Shown: positions 39,517-53,268, counted from the stretch's first letter. The stretch: 64,000 nucleotides of DNA from Eledone cirrhosa (GCA_964016885.1 OZ024740.1:191084001-191148000), one strand, 5' to 3'. Program-made: numbers and translations. Notes: generated by a model from the sequence alone, not told the origin.

Positions 39517-41427
39517 TTATACTTCTCTTAGGTCAGTGTTGTTTGTTTGGTTGTTGTTGTTGTTCCACTCATTCTTTCTGTTTAGATTTGGTCTTCTAAT
39601 TTCTATTTCACTGGCCTCTCTGATTTGCCTATCTGCTGGGTCATTCCTATGTTTAGATATTATTCTAATTTCTATGTTGTCTATGTTACCGTCATGTTGT
39701 TGTCTAGCATGTTCGTATAGTACTGGCCCGTTTTTTCGTCCTTTTAGTTCCCCCCAGTGTTGGTCTATCCTTTCACCTATGCTACGAGCTGTCTCACCTA
39801 TGTATGTTGTTGTCATGTTTCTGCAAGTACCCTCTGTACATCTTATGCTATAGACTACGTTTCTAGTTTTACAGTTTATCCGGGGGTTCACCTTACATAT
39901 GATACATTTCCTATTGGTACAGTGGGTTTTCTTAAAAGGGTAGGTTTTGCTGATCAGGGATTTTATGGTGGTTCCTGGCTTTTCTACCACCTTTATTTTT
40001 AAGTGGGTCTTTCTCAGGGCCTTTCTACACTGCTTAGCTAATTTCCCTCCAGGGGTGGCGTCCACAAACATGACACTCTGATATCTCTGGTTGTCGTACC
40101 ATGATGTGGCCTTCCCTATCTTATGTCTAGCCCTATCTAAGCTATTCCATGATTTGCTCCTGTATAGTGGGCAAATTCCTTTCATGTCCAGTTCTATGAG
40201 GGTCTTATACTTTTCCATGGCTCCTTCGTATACTCTGACTCTGTCTCTTTGGTTGTAGCCAGAGAACTGCATGCGGTTGATGAAGTGTTGGATGTGTCCT
40301 TCCATTTCTGTTGGATCGCACATGCTGGACACATTCTTCATCACTCGTACCAAATCTGCGATCAGAATATTAAACCTAGCACTACTGGACATTGCTGAGT
40401 TTTTGAGTATCAGGTATTTGGAGGCCATGGGTTTAGCATAGTGTGAGTGGAGAATTTGGGCTCTCTCGTCTATAGTGTTAATCCAGAGTTCTGTGTCTAA
40501 TACAGGTAGTCTATTGTTAGGGTGTTTGGAAGGGAAGTATATAGTTACAGTTATACTCTGGTGTATGGAATTAGCTATCTGCTGGATGCTTTCCATCGTG
40601 CTACGTTCTAAATCAAACTTGTTAGTGCTCTCTAGTGGGGGTGTTCTTATAACTATATTGATATCGTCTACATAACGAGAGTACATGATGAGGTCTATGG
40701 AGCTTTCATTAAGGAGATCTTTAAGTCTCCTTGCCCACCATACCATGAAAAGTTTGGCAACATCACCAGCTATGCTGACGCCGATGGCTGCTCCCTCATT
40801 TTGGGTGTAGATTTTCTCGTTGAACTTAAATATGTGGCCCTTTAGGGTAGTTTTGATACTAGCCCCTATTGCATGTGCGACCATTTTTCTTACCTGATCA
40901 GTGTTTTGGGGGGTCCGTATAGCTTTGGTCCACCCAATCCACCTTCCTATGGGAGTCTTTTTAGCCATTGAGGTTATGGTGGGGGGTCTACCTCTTATAG
41001 GTCTACTAGGGCAGAAACATCTAAGGTCATGGCTGTCTAGGTAGTCAGTGTCGTAGGTAAGTCTAAGTAGGAGGCCCAGTTCGTCTGTGTCGACGTCGCA
41101 GAACTCCACCTCACTCTCAATGATCATCTCCACACATCTTTTCACAGCAAAATCAATGTTAATGGATGGGTACAGTGACACCACATCCATGCTGCCTATT
41201 ATGCAGTTGGATAGGCTCCTGTTTTTGTTGCACTCACTGATTCTGCTGAGGAGGTCCTCTGTACTTTCACATACATCTGGGGACATCTTGATTATGGGGC
41301 GTATAACCATTGAGAGGAAGTAGGAGATCCTGTAGTTGCTAGCTATATTATCTCCGCATACGGGTCTTGTTGGTGGTCCTGTTGTCGGGTCGTCGACTGT
41401 CTTGTGGTCTTTGCGGAAAGACCACAA
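39517..41427 (-). CDS. PLE reverse transcriptase + GIY-YIG endonuclease (N-terminally truncated)
   Basis: KDHK..PPTRPV, SMDVVSLYPSI, YTQNEGAAIG, RYVDD, LPVLD, Cys linker HCTNRKCIIC, NVVYSIRC..YIGET..IGERIDQH, RQIREASEI..PNLN. Confidence 0.9.
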   Translation of the reverse strand: MWSFRKDHKTVDDPTTGPPTRPVCGDNIASNYRISYFLSMVIRPIIKMSPDVCESTEDLLSRISECNKNRSLSNCIIGSMDVVSLYPSINIDFAVKRCVEMIIESEVEFCDVDTDELGLLLRLTYDTDYLDSHDLRCFCPSRPIRGRPPTITSMAKKTPIGRWIGWTKAIRTPQNTDQVRKMVAHAIGASIKTTLKGHIFKFNEKIYTQNEGAAIGVSIAGDVAKLFMVWWARRLKDLLNESSIDLIMYSRYVDDINIVIRTPPLESTNKFDLERSTMESIQQIANSIHQSITVTIYFPSKHPNNRLPVLDTELWINTIDERAQILHSHYAKPMASKYLILKNSAMSSSARFNILIADLVRVMKNVSSMCDPTEMEGHIQHFINRMQFSGYNQRDRVRVYEGAMEKYKTLIELDMKGICPLYRSKSWNSLDRARHKIGKATSWYDNQRYQSVMFVDATPGGKLAKQCRKALRKTHLKIKVVEKPGTTIKSLISKTYPFKKTHCTNRKCIICKVNPRINCKTRNVVYSIRCTEGTCRNMTTTYIGETARSIGERIDQHWGELKGRKNGPVLYEHARQQHDGNIDNIEIRIISKHRNDPADRQIREASEIEIRRPNLNRKNEWNNNNNQTNNTDLREV

Positions 41428-41950
41428 GACAGCATTATGAGAGATCTGCCTATGGGTAACGATGAGCCACTCTGTTTTTTAAATATGTTAATTATTTTCA
41501 ACTGAACAAGATCAATTATGATATAGAGTCACCTGATGCAGAAATATTATATGGAGTAGCGAAACAATTGTAAACGGTCATTATTAATATTAATATTATT
41601 ATTATTATTCTCTACATTCCTTACATCAAAATAAAATATGTTGACAATCTTTTAATAATGTCTTCCGTGTGAAATTTGTGGTCTCGTTTTGCTTAACTAA
41701 TGAATATTTCTACCACTGCGCACCTAACTTCTGCATGAACCACCCACCTAACTGCTTTCTACTGCATATTGCACATTGAGCACATGCCTTTACACTTTGG
41801 CTTCTAACTAACTCACCAATCTCTCCTTTCATATCTCCTCTACTATCCCCATCTCTCTCTTTAAGATTGGTTACTCTTGAACTGTGTATATATATATATA
41901 TATATGTATATACTTATATATGTATACATATATATATATATATATATATA

Positions 41951-42026
<76 letters not shown>

Positions 42027-42467
42027 GAAACACACAGATAGATGCGGTCACACACATATACATGGATGCATCCACACCCAACCGTGAGTTAAGGGTGCCA
42101 ACCTCACCGATGTTGCTCAATGGATGACTGGGACAGACCAATCCGGTTGAACCAGACTGAACCAGTATCAGAGTTAAAATTACATTATGAAGAGAGAAGA
42201 AACATATAGATATAATTATGGTTGATTAATCTTTGAAGTGTGGTAACTGCTGGAAAGCTGCCATTACTCATACTTCTCGCCCCCTTCACCACCTCTTCTA
42301 CGGCTTCGATATAAATACCCCTCCGCCTCTGTGGTATTTTCTTCGGGGTTATAAGAGGCTTAGCTCTGTTTCTCGACCGTTATATCGCGTGACTATCTCC
42401 CCCTCCGCCTTTTGGGATTCTTTCTCACGTCGTGTAGACGCGTTCTTGAGACTAGTAAAATGAGGTA

Positions 42468-42558
42468 TCCTCTTGATAAGTCGGCATACCTCGCAGGGAG
42501 TCTATATCTTTATGATGTATTGTTTTTTGTTTATGCCACGAAACTACGTAGTCGAGGA
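42468..42558 (+). ncRNA. Type I hammerhead, U3-A8 core variant
   Basis: tcctc-UUGAUAA-gt c ggcata...tatgcc ac-GAAA-ctacgtag-UC-gagga; GUC cleavage triplet. Confidence 0.75.
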
Positions 42559-43061
42559 ATCTAGGAACAGTTTAGGTATGATACATTTTATTACTAATTA
42601 TATCTAAATGTTTCTTCTCTCTTCATAATGTAATTTTAACTCTGATACTGGTTCAGTCTGGTTCTACCGGATTGGTCTGTCCCAGTCATTCATTGAGCAA
42701 CATCGGTGAGGTTGGCACCCTTAACTCACGGTTGGGTGTGGATGCATTCATGTATATGTGTGTGTCCGCATCTATGTGTGTGTTTCTAAATATATTGTTA
42801 ATAACTCCCCCTGGTTGAGTAATCTTTGAAGTGTGGTAACTGCTGGAATGCTGCCATTACTCATACTTCTCGCCCCCTTCACCACCTCTTCTACGGCTTC
42901 GATATAAATACCCCCTCCGCCTCTGTGGTATTTTCTTCGGGGTTATAAGTGGCTTAGCTCTGTTTCTCGACCGTTATATCGCGTGACTATCTCCCCCTCC
43001 GCCTTTTGGGATTCTTTCTCACGTCGTGTAGACGCGTTCTTGAGATTAGTAAAATGAGGTA

Positions 43062-43151
43062 TCCTCTTGATAAGTCGGCAGACCTCGCAGGGACTCTATA
43101 TATTTATGATGTATTGTATTTGTTTATGCCACGAAACTACGTAGTCGAGGA
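43062..43151 (+). ncRNA. Type I hammerhead, U3-A8 core variant (tandem copy)
   Basis: Same core, helix I and helix III as 42468-42558. Confidence 0.75.
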
Positions 43152-43220
43152 ATCTAGGAACAGTTTAGGTATGATACATTTTATTACTAATTGTATCTAA
43201 ATGTTTCTTCTCTCTTCATA

Positions 43221-43383
<163 letters not shown>

Positions 43384-43960
43384 CTAGCAGAGGTAACGGG
43401 CGTTGCTCGGTTATTAAATAGCAGATATGTATAACATTTAAGTCAATACATCAGTGCTGCTTCGAAAACTTTACTTTTAAAAAATCATCGGCTTTATCTA
43501 AAATTGGCTTCCGGCCCCTACTCAATATGTACCAATTCTGAGAGTTCACATTCATTTGTAGGATAAACGTAGCCCATGTGTCAAGTTTTGTGAAAATTGG
43601 TTATGACGTTTTGTTGCATTGCACTGCAGTGCTTCAGTCGACTCCAAGGAAGTAGTTAAAGGGGGTTATCTGCCGGGAGACCCTATAATCACAATCTGGA
43701 AAAATGAAAGTGCCCATGACCATTTGGAGTACATAATTAACCTATGTCTTACGTTTGGTGAGAATACTGTAGAAATGCATAAGGTTTATACATACGCGCG
43801 CGCTCGTGCGTGCGTGTATGTGGGAGTGTGTGGGTATGTGTGTGGGTGTGTGTTTGTGGGTGTGTATGTATTTGTGTGTGCGTATGTATGTGTATGTCCG
43901 TCCAGGGAATACGTATGTACTAGCCTACATCTTCACTATTTAATTTTACTATTATAATAA
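43384..43960 (-). mobile_element. Non-autonomous Helitron-like element
   Basis: On the minus strand it ends ...ccgagcaacgcccg(ttacctctg)CTAG|T; homologous to 58150-58505; 5' boundary uncertain. Confidence 0.6.
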
Positions 43961-44403
43961 CCTCTGTCATTACGTTTTCAATTTTATTTACATCATTCCT
44001 AAACTCCGAGGCTGGAAATCATTCTGTTATTTTAAATAGAATATTAGTCTAAAGACTCCATTTATACCATCAACTTGGTATTGTATCTGCATGAAATTGT
44101 TCTTAACGCTACACATAAAGACGTATTAACCTCGCTTTTTTTCCGTACATTGCCAGGAAACGCCTTCACGAACTAAAATATCGTCTTCCTGTTTCCTTCA
44201 GTTGCAACGTTTCTCGAAATATTTACTTCTGCGTTCACAGATTACTCTTTGTTCAATTTGAATGGAAAATTCCTGTTTCATCGATTTTCTCCGTACCCAT
44301 GGAAGCTTGTAGCTTGAAGTTCGATCCAATGCCTCCCCGGGTCATTCTACATACCAGTGTAAATTTTCGCTAATTACCACCAGTTTATCCAACTACACCT
44401 ATA

Positions 44404-44497
<94 letters not shown>

Positions 44498-44578
44498 TTA
44501 TATTTATATATTTACATTTATACTTATATACATTTATATTTATATATTTACATTTATATTTATATAAGGACTAATTTT

Positions 44579-44707
<129 letters not shown>

Positions 44708-45288
44708 TATAATTATATATATATATATATATATGAATAAAATTAGTCCTTCATCAGTGATCTTCCAACATTCATTGGTATTTCATCGCTTAAAAATCAT
44801 ATACGTCTGGTTGGTGCGATCTAATAACTAAATAAAGTTATTGGGACAAGTAAAATAGCGTGAAGCGAGAGAGTCATATAAACAAACAAAGATGGTATTG
44901 CAACAGAAAGATAGGAACAGACAAGTACATGAGATCTATAAGCTTAAGCTTGGTGAATTCATGGACGAGAGATACAGACAATCCGACTCTGGTGAGATGT
45001 GAGCGAGAAAATTATTTCACACATGTCAAACGAAAGAAAGTGAGAGAGGGGCTGAATCATAGAGTGAGTGAGTGGAAGTGTGACGAAGAGGCCAGGCGAG
45101 AGAGAGTGTGACTGGCAGAGGGGGTAAAAAGAAGGTGAGAGATACAGAGAGATGGGAAGCAGTAAGAAAGAAACGGACAATCGCAGCTGTGGAAAAAATA
45201 TAAATATAAGAAATGTAGTGCTGCGTTGTTGCACATGGGTTACTATATATGCACACTCACACACACACACACATATATATATATATAA

Positions 45289-45458
<170 letters not shown>

Positions 45459-45557
45459 CTTATATATATATATTATATATATATATATATATTATATATA
45501 TATATATATGAAAGACGTAAAATAAGAACATTTTAAAATTAACTTACTAACATTTTC

Positions 45558-45639
45558 ACTCCAACTAATTAGATTCTGTAAGGGAATAAATATAGTTACG
45601 CAACGCAACTATAGAGAAATCATTACGTCATCAGTGAGT
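45558..45639 (-). ncRNA. Decayed hammerhead with extended helix II
   Basis: Reverse complement: actca-CUGAUGA-cgtaa..tatagttgcg ttg cgtaactata..ttaca-GAAT-ctaattag-UU-ggagt; points to (TA)n ending at ~45510. Confidence 0.55.
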
Positions 45640-45756
45640 CTATTCTCAGCTAAGTTACCAGGCAATGCGCGGACACTAGCAACCCATATAAAAATAATAA
45701 TTCAGTGGATGGAAAAAAGCTAGCGGGGACTAGATTCCAGGATGTTGGTAGATATT

Positions 45757-45877
<121 letters not shown>

Positions 45878-46015
45878 ATACTTTGGGAGGGTCACGTTGC
45901 CAATAAGAAACACACGCACCAGTTGCTTTCACTTCAATTTATTATAATAAATTTATAAATTTATAAATTTCTGGTTGGTTGGTTGGTTCCACAACCAGAT
46001 AGTTGTTTATATATT

Positions 46016-46058
46016 GTCATAGTTCTTTCGTCACACACTCTGTGACCTCTTCAGTGAC
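46016..46058 (-). ncRNA. Minimal type I hammerhead, intact core
   Basis: Reverse complement: gtca-CUGAAGA-g gtcaca gagtg tgtgac-GAAA-gaac-UA-tgac. Confidence 0.8.
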
Positions 46059-46594
46059 TGGTGATTCCTTTCTTTGTTTCTGTGCCTCTCCTTTGTTCTG
46101 TCCTACGCCATTTTGTTTCTGTGTGTGTGTTGTGTGTCTCTTTACTATCTTGAAGGTCTCGACAAAATGAACACTGGCGAGACCTTCAAGATAATAAAGA
46201 ATCATCTGTACTCTACCAACATGCTAAAATAGAACACAAGGGAAAATTAGAGAACATCGAAATAAAGATAGAATATACACACAGAAAAGACGCAATGTTT
46301 AGACAAATTACAGAGGCAATAAACATAAAATAATTACAACCAAAATTAAGTAGAAAATATGAGTGGAACAGCAACATCACAACTTACAATTAAGGACAAA
46401 ATGAAAACACACACACACATAGAACAAACAACCAACCAGTAACATGTAAATAAACAAATAAATAAATGAACATAAACACACACGGACACCCGGATGTGGC
46501 GCATGCGCAGACTGAACACACAACACACACACAGAAACAAAATGGCGTAGGACAGAACAAAGGAGAGGCACAGAAACAAAGAAAGGAATCCCCA

Positions 46595-46637
46595 GTCACT
46601 GAAGAGGTCACAGAGTGTGTGATGAAAGAACTATGAC
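46595..46637 (+). ncRNA. Minimal type I hammerhead
   Basis: gtca-CUGAAGA-ggtcaca gagtg tgtgat-GAAA-gaac-UA-tgac. Confidence 0.78.
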
Positions 46638-46839
46638 AATATATAAATAACTATCTGGTTGTGGAACCAACCAACCAACCAGAAATTTATAAATTTATGA
46701 ATTTATTATAATAAATTGAAGTGAAAGCATTTGGTGCGTGTGTTTCTTATTGGCAACAAGACCCTCCCAAAGTATAACAATATCGGTTTTAACACACGAT
46801 TTCAGATAAAGAATGTTGCTAAACAAATTCAGAAACGAA

Positions 46840-46962
<123 letters not shown>

Positions 46963-47024
46963 TACATATGTATATATATATGTATATGTATATATACATA
47001 TATATACATATATATATATATATA

Positions 47025-47092
<68 letters not shown>

Positions 47093-47261
47093 TAATAAAA
47101 AACGAAAAATTAGTGATTTATCTGAACTTAATTTATTGCGGGCTACAATTGCTTCCCAGGCATACTGCCTATGGAAGTATATTAACTACCATGAGAGACA
47201 CACACACACACAGAGACACATACACACACACACGTATATACACACACACATACACACACAC

Positions 47262-47350
<89 letters not shown>

Positions 47351-47412
47351 CATAACATATATGTATCAAAATAAAGATCCGAAGGCAGGGTATACATTTA
47401 CAATCATTTGAA

Positions 47413-47484
47413 TCACGACATGTTTCAATAATGGATAGATCGATCGTGTGGTCATGATCAATTATCACTGGTCTCATCAGGTGA
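47413..47484 (-). ncRNA. Type I hammerhead, intact core
   Basis: Reverse complement: tcac-CUGAUGA-...-GAAA-catg-UC-gtga; palindromic acatgt, GUC site. Confidence 0.75.
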
Positions 47485-48284
47485 ATAATGAAATGTCTAC
47501 AAATCTTTGATATGAGGGTGGAAAAACTAACGATGTTCACTCACTAGAGTTTTGTTCCCCATATGAAGAATCAGCAGCCAAAACGCGCCAATTGCTATCG
47601 TCTACAGTCATGGTCATACATCTGTCAAGTATCTATCTCTCAATAGCTGTAAAAGACGCTTGACAGGACTAATCTCAGCATCAGATATGTAGAATTTCGG
47701 TCGGTCACAATTAGTGTTAGTGAGTACGCACACACCAATACGATGTCAGAGAAAAAAATATATATACACACAGACACAGTATGCACGGAAAGTTAGGTTA
47801 CAAAATAACAAACTTTATATTGGTCAAATCTCAATATTCAGGATGTAAATTAGAAAAAAATTGGGTCAACCACAACCCAATACACACGCAAGTAAATTCC
47901 GTTCAACGTTTTGCTATACGTGTATCGATTGAATTGTAACATCCGTATCGTCTAAATAGTGTATATGTTGGTATATACACGTCCATGTGAAGAGCAAGTA
48001 GTCAGCTCGTATCGAACTCCATATATGCCGTTGTCCCGTTGAGAATCTGAGACCCTGAGGATGTGCGTGCAACCATCCCCATGTAAGCCAACAGGGTGTT
48101 CCATGTAAGGTTGGATATTTGAGTTAAGGTGTGAGTGTGTACATTTTCCCGTTGTATGGGCCCTCGGGCTTTTAAGATAAGTGTTTGAGTGGTGGAGGTG
48201 TGTTGCCCAACACAAAATGAAATAACAAAATCCCGGAGTTGTGTGTAAGCCCATTGATGGCGTGTAACTAGTATTGTTCATTCA

Positions 48285-48720
48285 GCAACTGTGAGCACTC
48301 CATGGTTAGGGGATCACAGACCAAAACCTAGTGTAGTATTCAATCGACAAGATCGTGACTGATCATAACTGTGGGAACTCCGTGTCTAAAGAAACCGGGT
48401 ACTGTGTAGAATTATGTATAAAGAGCGTAATCGTTCTTAACTGAGTGTGTAATACGTCTATTTACTAACTGAGAGAACTCTATGGTTAGAGTCTTCTAAA
48501 GTAATGGTGAATGCGCGTAATCGGTCTTAACTGCGTGTGTAATTGTTCTAACTATTTACTAACTAGGTATTCTAAAGTAATTGTAAATGTGCACTCAACT
48601 GTGAGAACTCTGTGGAAACATACCGAGTACAGTGTGTAGGTGCGAACACGATCTTAGCTGTCTACTAACAGAGTGTGTGATTGTCTATTTTTTGCTAATT
48701 AAGAGAACTCTATGGCTAAG
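48285..48720. repeat. Degenerate internal repeats in PLE 3'UTR
   Basis: Recurrent aactgtgagaactc(t/c)atgg and gcgtaatcg.tcttaactg.gtgtgtaat blocks. Confidence 0.6.
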
Positions 48721-49169
48721 GTAAAAATGGGGGAGTTAGTGGTAGGTTACTTTCCAAAAGTCCTGAGGAAGCTTTTCTAGGTTCTATGCTGGAAGGTGTT
48801 GAAAAGGTCCGCTATCCTATTGATTAGTAGGAGCCCGCCTCTAATTATATTAAAGGTTTCAGCTATACATAAATTTCAAACGCCCGTGCTGCCGTTATAT
48901 GGCTGAGGAAACTATAGTCCAGGATAAGGAGTTCTCTATATTCTGTTGTTTAAGCTTCCAGACCAATTCAGAAAGCGCCGTGCTATTTTTTTTATCTTCT
49001 TTATTAAAGGTTTTATTGAGAGATAGAGATTTGATAAATTGATGACCCTGACTGAAGACGATAGCAGTTGGCGTGTTTTGGCTGCTGATTCTTCATATAG
49101 GGAACAACACTTTAGTGAGTGAACATCGTTAGATTTTCTTCCCTCATAGATTTGAAGACATTTCATTAT

Positions 49170-49243
49170 CCACCTGATGAGGTCAGTGATAATCGATCAT
49201 GACGACTCGACCGATCTATCCCTTATTGAAACATGTGTCGTGA
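49170..49243 (+). ncRNA. Type I hammerhead (right IR arm)
   Basis: cac-CUGAUGA-...-GAAA-catgtg-UC-gtg. Confidence 0.7.
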
Positions 49244-49327
49244 TAAAAATGATTTCAAATGTATACCATGCTTTCGGATCTTTATTTTGATACAAATACT
49301 CCGTTTTACATCATCTAGCCGTTCCCA

Positions 49328-49563
49328 TAAATGGAATTGGAGATATACAAAAGCGTGGAGAACATAATATTGCTAACAAAAGTTTATTGGACCGTATGAC
49401 ACAATCAATAATACACCTTGCTATATAATAACTATATCTATTTATATATCTATATATATAGTTGTTATATAGTAAGGTGTATTATTGTTTGTGTCATACG
49501 GTCCAATAAATTTTGTTAGCAATATTATGTTCTCCACGCTTTTGTATATCTCCAATTCCATTT
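49328..49563. repeat. Palindrome centred on a degenerate (TA)n
   Basis: aaatggaattggagatatac...ataactata mirrored by tatagttgttat...gtatatctccaattccattt. Confidence 0.85.
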
Positions 49564-49669
49564 GTATAAACGTTGTCAGTTCGTTTCCTGGACCGGGTGA
49601 TGCGTTATGTCCCCGAGCAAGACAATTTATTCACGAAAATTAAAAGTAATTTACCTGTTAGTCGTGGAT

Positions 49670-51022
49670 TTGTTTTTTGTTTTCTATTTTGTTGTTGTTG
49701 TCAAATTTTGTGGGACCTAAACGTGCCTTCATCGGGGTTTAAGGAACATTCTTTGGGATAACATTTTTTCTAAGTCGTTTTTAAGCGTTTGTTTATGGTT
49801 ATTTCGTTTACCACGTGAATGACGTCAATTACCAATATAGTATTTCGTGAAATCAATTATCTGTTTGTATGAGATGTTTAGTTTGTGTGCCTGTGGGTAT
49901 GTAGTTTTATGTCAGATACTGTGTGCTAATGCATTATTTATTTGTGGGTTAAATCTACGTAAGACCAAGGCTCCCTTAATTCTTATGTTGCACATATTTC
50001 AATTACTGGCTTTAATAATAACGATAATATGTTGGTTGATGCTTCTACATTTGGCAATGTGTTTTTCAATGAGAATGCAGGTGTGTTGAGCTGTTTGTTT
50101 AATGCAAGTGGGGAGTGCTTGACTCATGCTTCCAATGTAAAATTCCTTATATTTGTTGCATTTAATCTAGTATACCACATGTGTCCGTTGGTCCTTAGCT
50201 GTATCGCGGATAGGGCAGTTAGTCAGCGAGCATGTATTGCTGTTGCCTCAGGATTGCTTTTTATTCAGGTATCCACGCATTGAAGGGCCGGAGTGTGCTA
50301 GCTGTATGCCTAGTCCTTCTTTGCGGATAGCTATGGTTATGCTTTCGGTGAAATGTGGTAATTTCATGAAGCAGCTGTTAAGGGGAGATTTTATGCCTCC
50401 GACGCCTTCGATTCTTAAGTTTATTGATTATGGATATTGGGTATCTCATCGTCTTCAGTACATCTGTAAAGTGTGCAGTGTGAGTGATCTGGTCCTCTAT
50501 CTTACTATATGTATTCTGGATACGCGTAAGTTCATTTCATATGTATCCAGTGTTAGCACCACGGGGTAGGGCTGATCTATAATGCACAAACAGGTCTCTG
50601 CTGGCAGCTTTCTAATAGAAGTTGGTGTATATAGTAACTTTCTCAGTTAGCTAAGGTGAAAGTCCAGCAGAGACAAAGAACCATTTTTATCAGGTTGTTC
50701 TGTGTAAATAGTATGTTATCTGCGTTTGAAAATGCTTTAGATATTATGATGGCCTCTTCACAGTATGATGTGAGTATGAATATATCATCTATGTATCAGG
50801 TGGAGAACACATAGGATCGACAGTAGTCGAGCATTCGACGTTTCATTTGTTTCATATAGATGATGGCTAGATAGCCTGAAAGACTACTCCCCATGGGTAG
50901 TCCTGTTGTTTCTTGGTACTTGTGGTGGTAGAAAGTGAAATAGGTATTTTCTACGATGACGGATAGAAACTAATGTATGTCTTGTTGAGTGAGATCAAGT
51001 AGTATATTTTCTACGAGATAAT
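49670..51022 (-). mobile_element. Degenerate Penelope-like element (RT + GIY-YIG pseudogene)
   Basis: Minus-strand translation: ENTYFTFYHHKYQETTGLPMGSSLSGYLAIIYM, YIDDIF, CPI..HVVY*IKCNKYKEFYIGS; many stops. Confidence 0.85.
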
Positions 51023-51023
51023 G

Positions 51024-51094
<71 letters not shown>

Positions 51095-51277
51095 CTGTAT
51101 ATAGTAATACGAATATTTATATGTATATATGTTTCATATAACTATAAATATGTAGGGTAGTACTAAGTACTAGCCAGTTACAGGTATGACAAAAGGCTCA
51201 ATGCAAATTTTCAAGTGTTTTACAGAGCAGAGATAGAAAGTGTTAAAACGATCAAATTCTAGTTTAGAACATTTATT

Positions 51278-51324
51278 TGCTGACAATTGTTTCTTCCAGA
51301 GGGAAGTTTGGAATCATCGGAGCA
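51278..51324 (-). ncRNA. Type I hammerhead (U4C core)
   Basis: Reverse complement: tgct-CCGAUGA-ttcca aacttccctc tggaa-GAAA-caattg-UC-agca, then AATAAA immediately. Confidence 0.7.
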
Positions 51325-52021
51325 TATGGAGTGTCGAAACATGTTACTAAAGTCCTAGTCATTTAGAAAATGTAGGGTACATAATTGTTATTAGTGTCAA
51401 AGGCATCATGTGGAGAGTCAGGAGTTAAAACGATGTTCTGCTTGAAAGAACACAATTACAGGCAGCACTGGTTGGAAGTGTAATAAGTATAAGTAAAAAG
51501 CACAAGCAAAAGAAATCACAAGCAAAAACAAAGCAAAAAAACACAGGCATAAACATTATAAGCAAGTACAATTGGTGTACAATGCAGGAATCAAAACAGT
51601 CAATAATGCATGTATGAGGAAAGAGTTATAATGCAGTTGAAATAAACGTATTTTGTGAGGAGTGTTAAAGCATGTTATAATTGTTATAAATGTTTAAGAT
51701 AGTGTGCAATTTGTTAGAGAGGCCTGTTGTGATAATGTAGGTATTTGTTATGTAAGGTGTAATGCAAAGCACATGATAGAGTTGGGTATGTGATTTTCAT
51801 TTAAGTGTTTGTGTGTTGTAGTTCGTATGCACGTGCGTGTGTGTGTTGTTTGTTACTCACAGCTGTTAACCATGGGATTATTTTAAGTCATTTATAGTCA
51901 ATAGGTGTTTGTTTGTTAACTGTAAATTCCGCCGAATTACTGGCCATGTTGTTATTTTAGCTATATTATATTATGCATTTTTTATCTAAAAATTATTTTT
52001 TCTAGGGTTTGTATTAACCGT

Positions 52022-52112
52022 TATTAAGTTGTTGGTAAACACTTGTGTTGCTTAATGTTACCTAAAATGTTACTTAAAATTAAGCAACACATCGGTTTAC
52101 CAACAGCTTAAT
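52022..52112. repeat. Imperfect inverted repeat (~33-bp arms)
   Basis: tattaagttgttggtaaac..tgtgttgcttaat mirrored by attaagcaacaca..gtttaccaacagcttaata. Confidence 0.7.
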
Positions 52113-53268
52113 AAATGTATTTAGATTAAAATAACAGGTTCATTAATGTTGACTTATTTTGCAAATCACTGTGGTGGTTCCGAACGTTATGTTGCGCGGA
52201 TGAAGGTTGTTCATAGGATACATATTTCATTATCGGCATTAGAACTACAAGGGTGCTGGAAATGTAACTCAATATGGAACATAAGCGTAATCCATGAAAC
52301 TGGGCCAATTTCTCGGGCAATATAGCACTTATACCTACATAGAGTACATGTGTCTTCAGATAGAAAGCTTAGAAACATTTCATAGAATGTAACAGTGATT
52401 TAGTTTATCCCAGAACCTCACTTCTACATATTTGCCTTATTTTACAACACTTAAATCATGTATTATCCTCAGAGTGTTTTGGAGACAGAATGAATATAGC
52501 AGAAACGAAATAATTAAAACATATATAATTTCCTAAGCCAGAAATATTAACATGTTCTGATACATACACACTACTATATTTATACTTTCTTTTCTTTTTT
52601 TAGTCGTGAATCATATTTGCCTTTCAAACTATATTTGTTTTCGTTCCTCATATTTGCCTTCCTGATAGAACCAATATATTTCATGACTATTCAAATGGAA
52701 GCCTTAACATGTGTTGTTTAATTGTGCAGCTATGGCTTATTAAATAATGATATTGTACAATGGATTGAAAATCTTCTGTAAACATTAATGGATCAGTAGG
52801 TCATGATATTTCATTCTGACTACAAGTCGAATGATTAATCATTAATACAAAGGAATGATGAGGAGAGTGTTCCATTATTTCTCCAATTCATACAATGAAC
52901 GCGAACTGTTAATGAGAATGAAAAGTTTATTAGGTAATATAAACATGTGAATAATAATATATACCTGATAAAAGTCATTCTAGAGGACGCCCATACAAAT
53001 TGAATCTAAATGTGCGTTTCAAATATAAATATCTTCCAATCCATTGTTCTATGACAAATGAAATATCTAAAAGGACCTGGAATCTGTCAAATTTGAATTG
53101 AAACTATAAAGGCGCAAAAATGTTTCTTGCATAAGTTGTAATATCATATCACGAACACTTCACTGCCAAATATGAATACTTTCACGTGTTCCTTAATTGT
53201 ATCTTAATTTAAGAGTTATGTTAAATAATGAAAACTTGCAGTAGTATAATTGCACACATATGCATATA

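Larger units (their letters stand above)
47362..49292 (-). mobile_element. 5'-truncated PLE with inverted 3'-end copy
   Basis: IR 47362-47645 / 49013-49292. Minus strand 49012-48800 reads FNKEDKKNSTALSELVWKLKQQ..LSWTIV../NLCIAETFNII, similar to the EN C-terminus at 8770-8960. Confidence 0.8.

Noticed and set aside
42180-42216. AUGAAGA...GAAAC hammerhead-like string
   Set aside because: No helix II pairing and position 3 is wrong.
52725-52940. Possible exon between ...tgcag and ag|gtaat
   Set aside because: Stops interrupt the frames I checked and there is no recognisable protein; it cannot be supported without transcripts.
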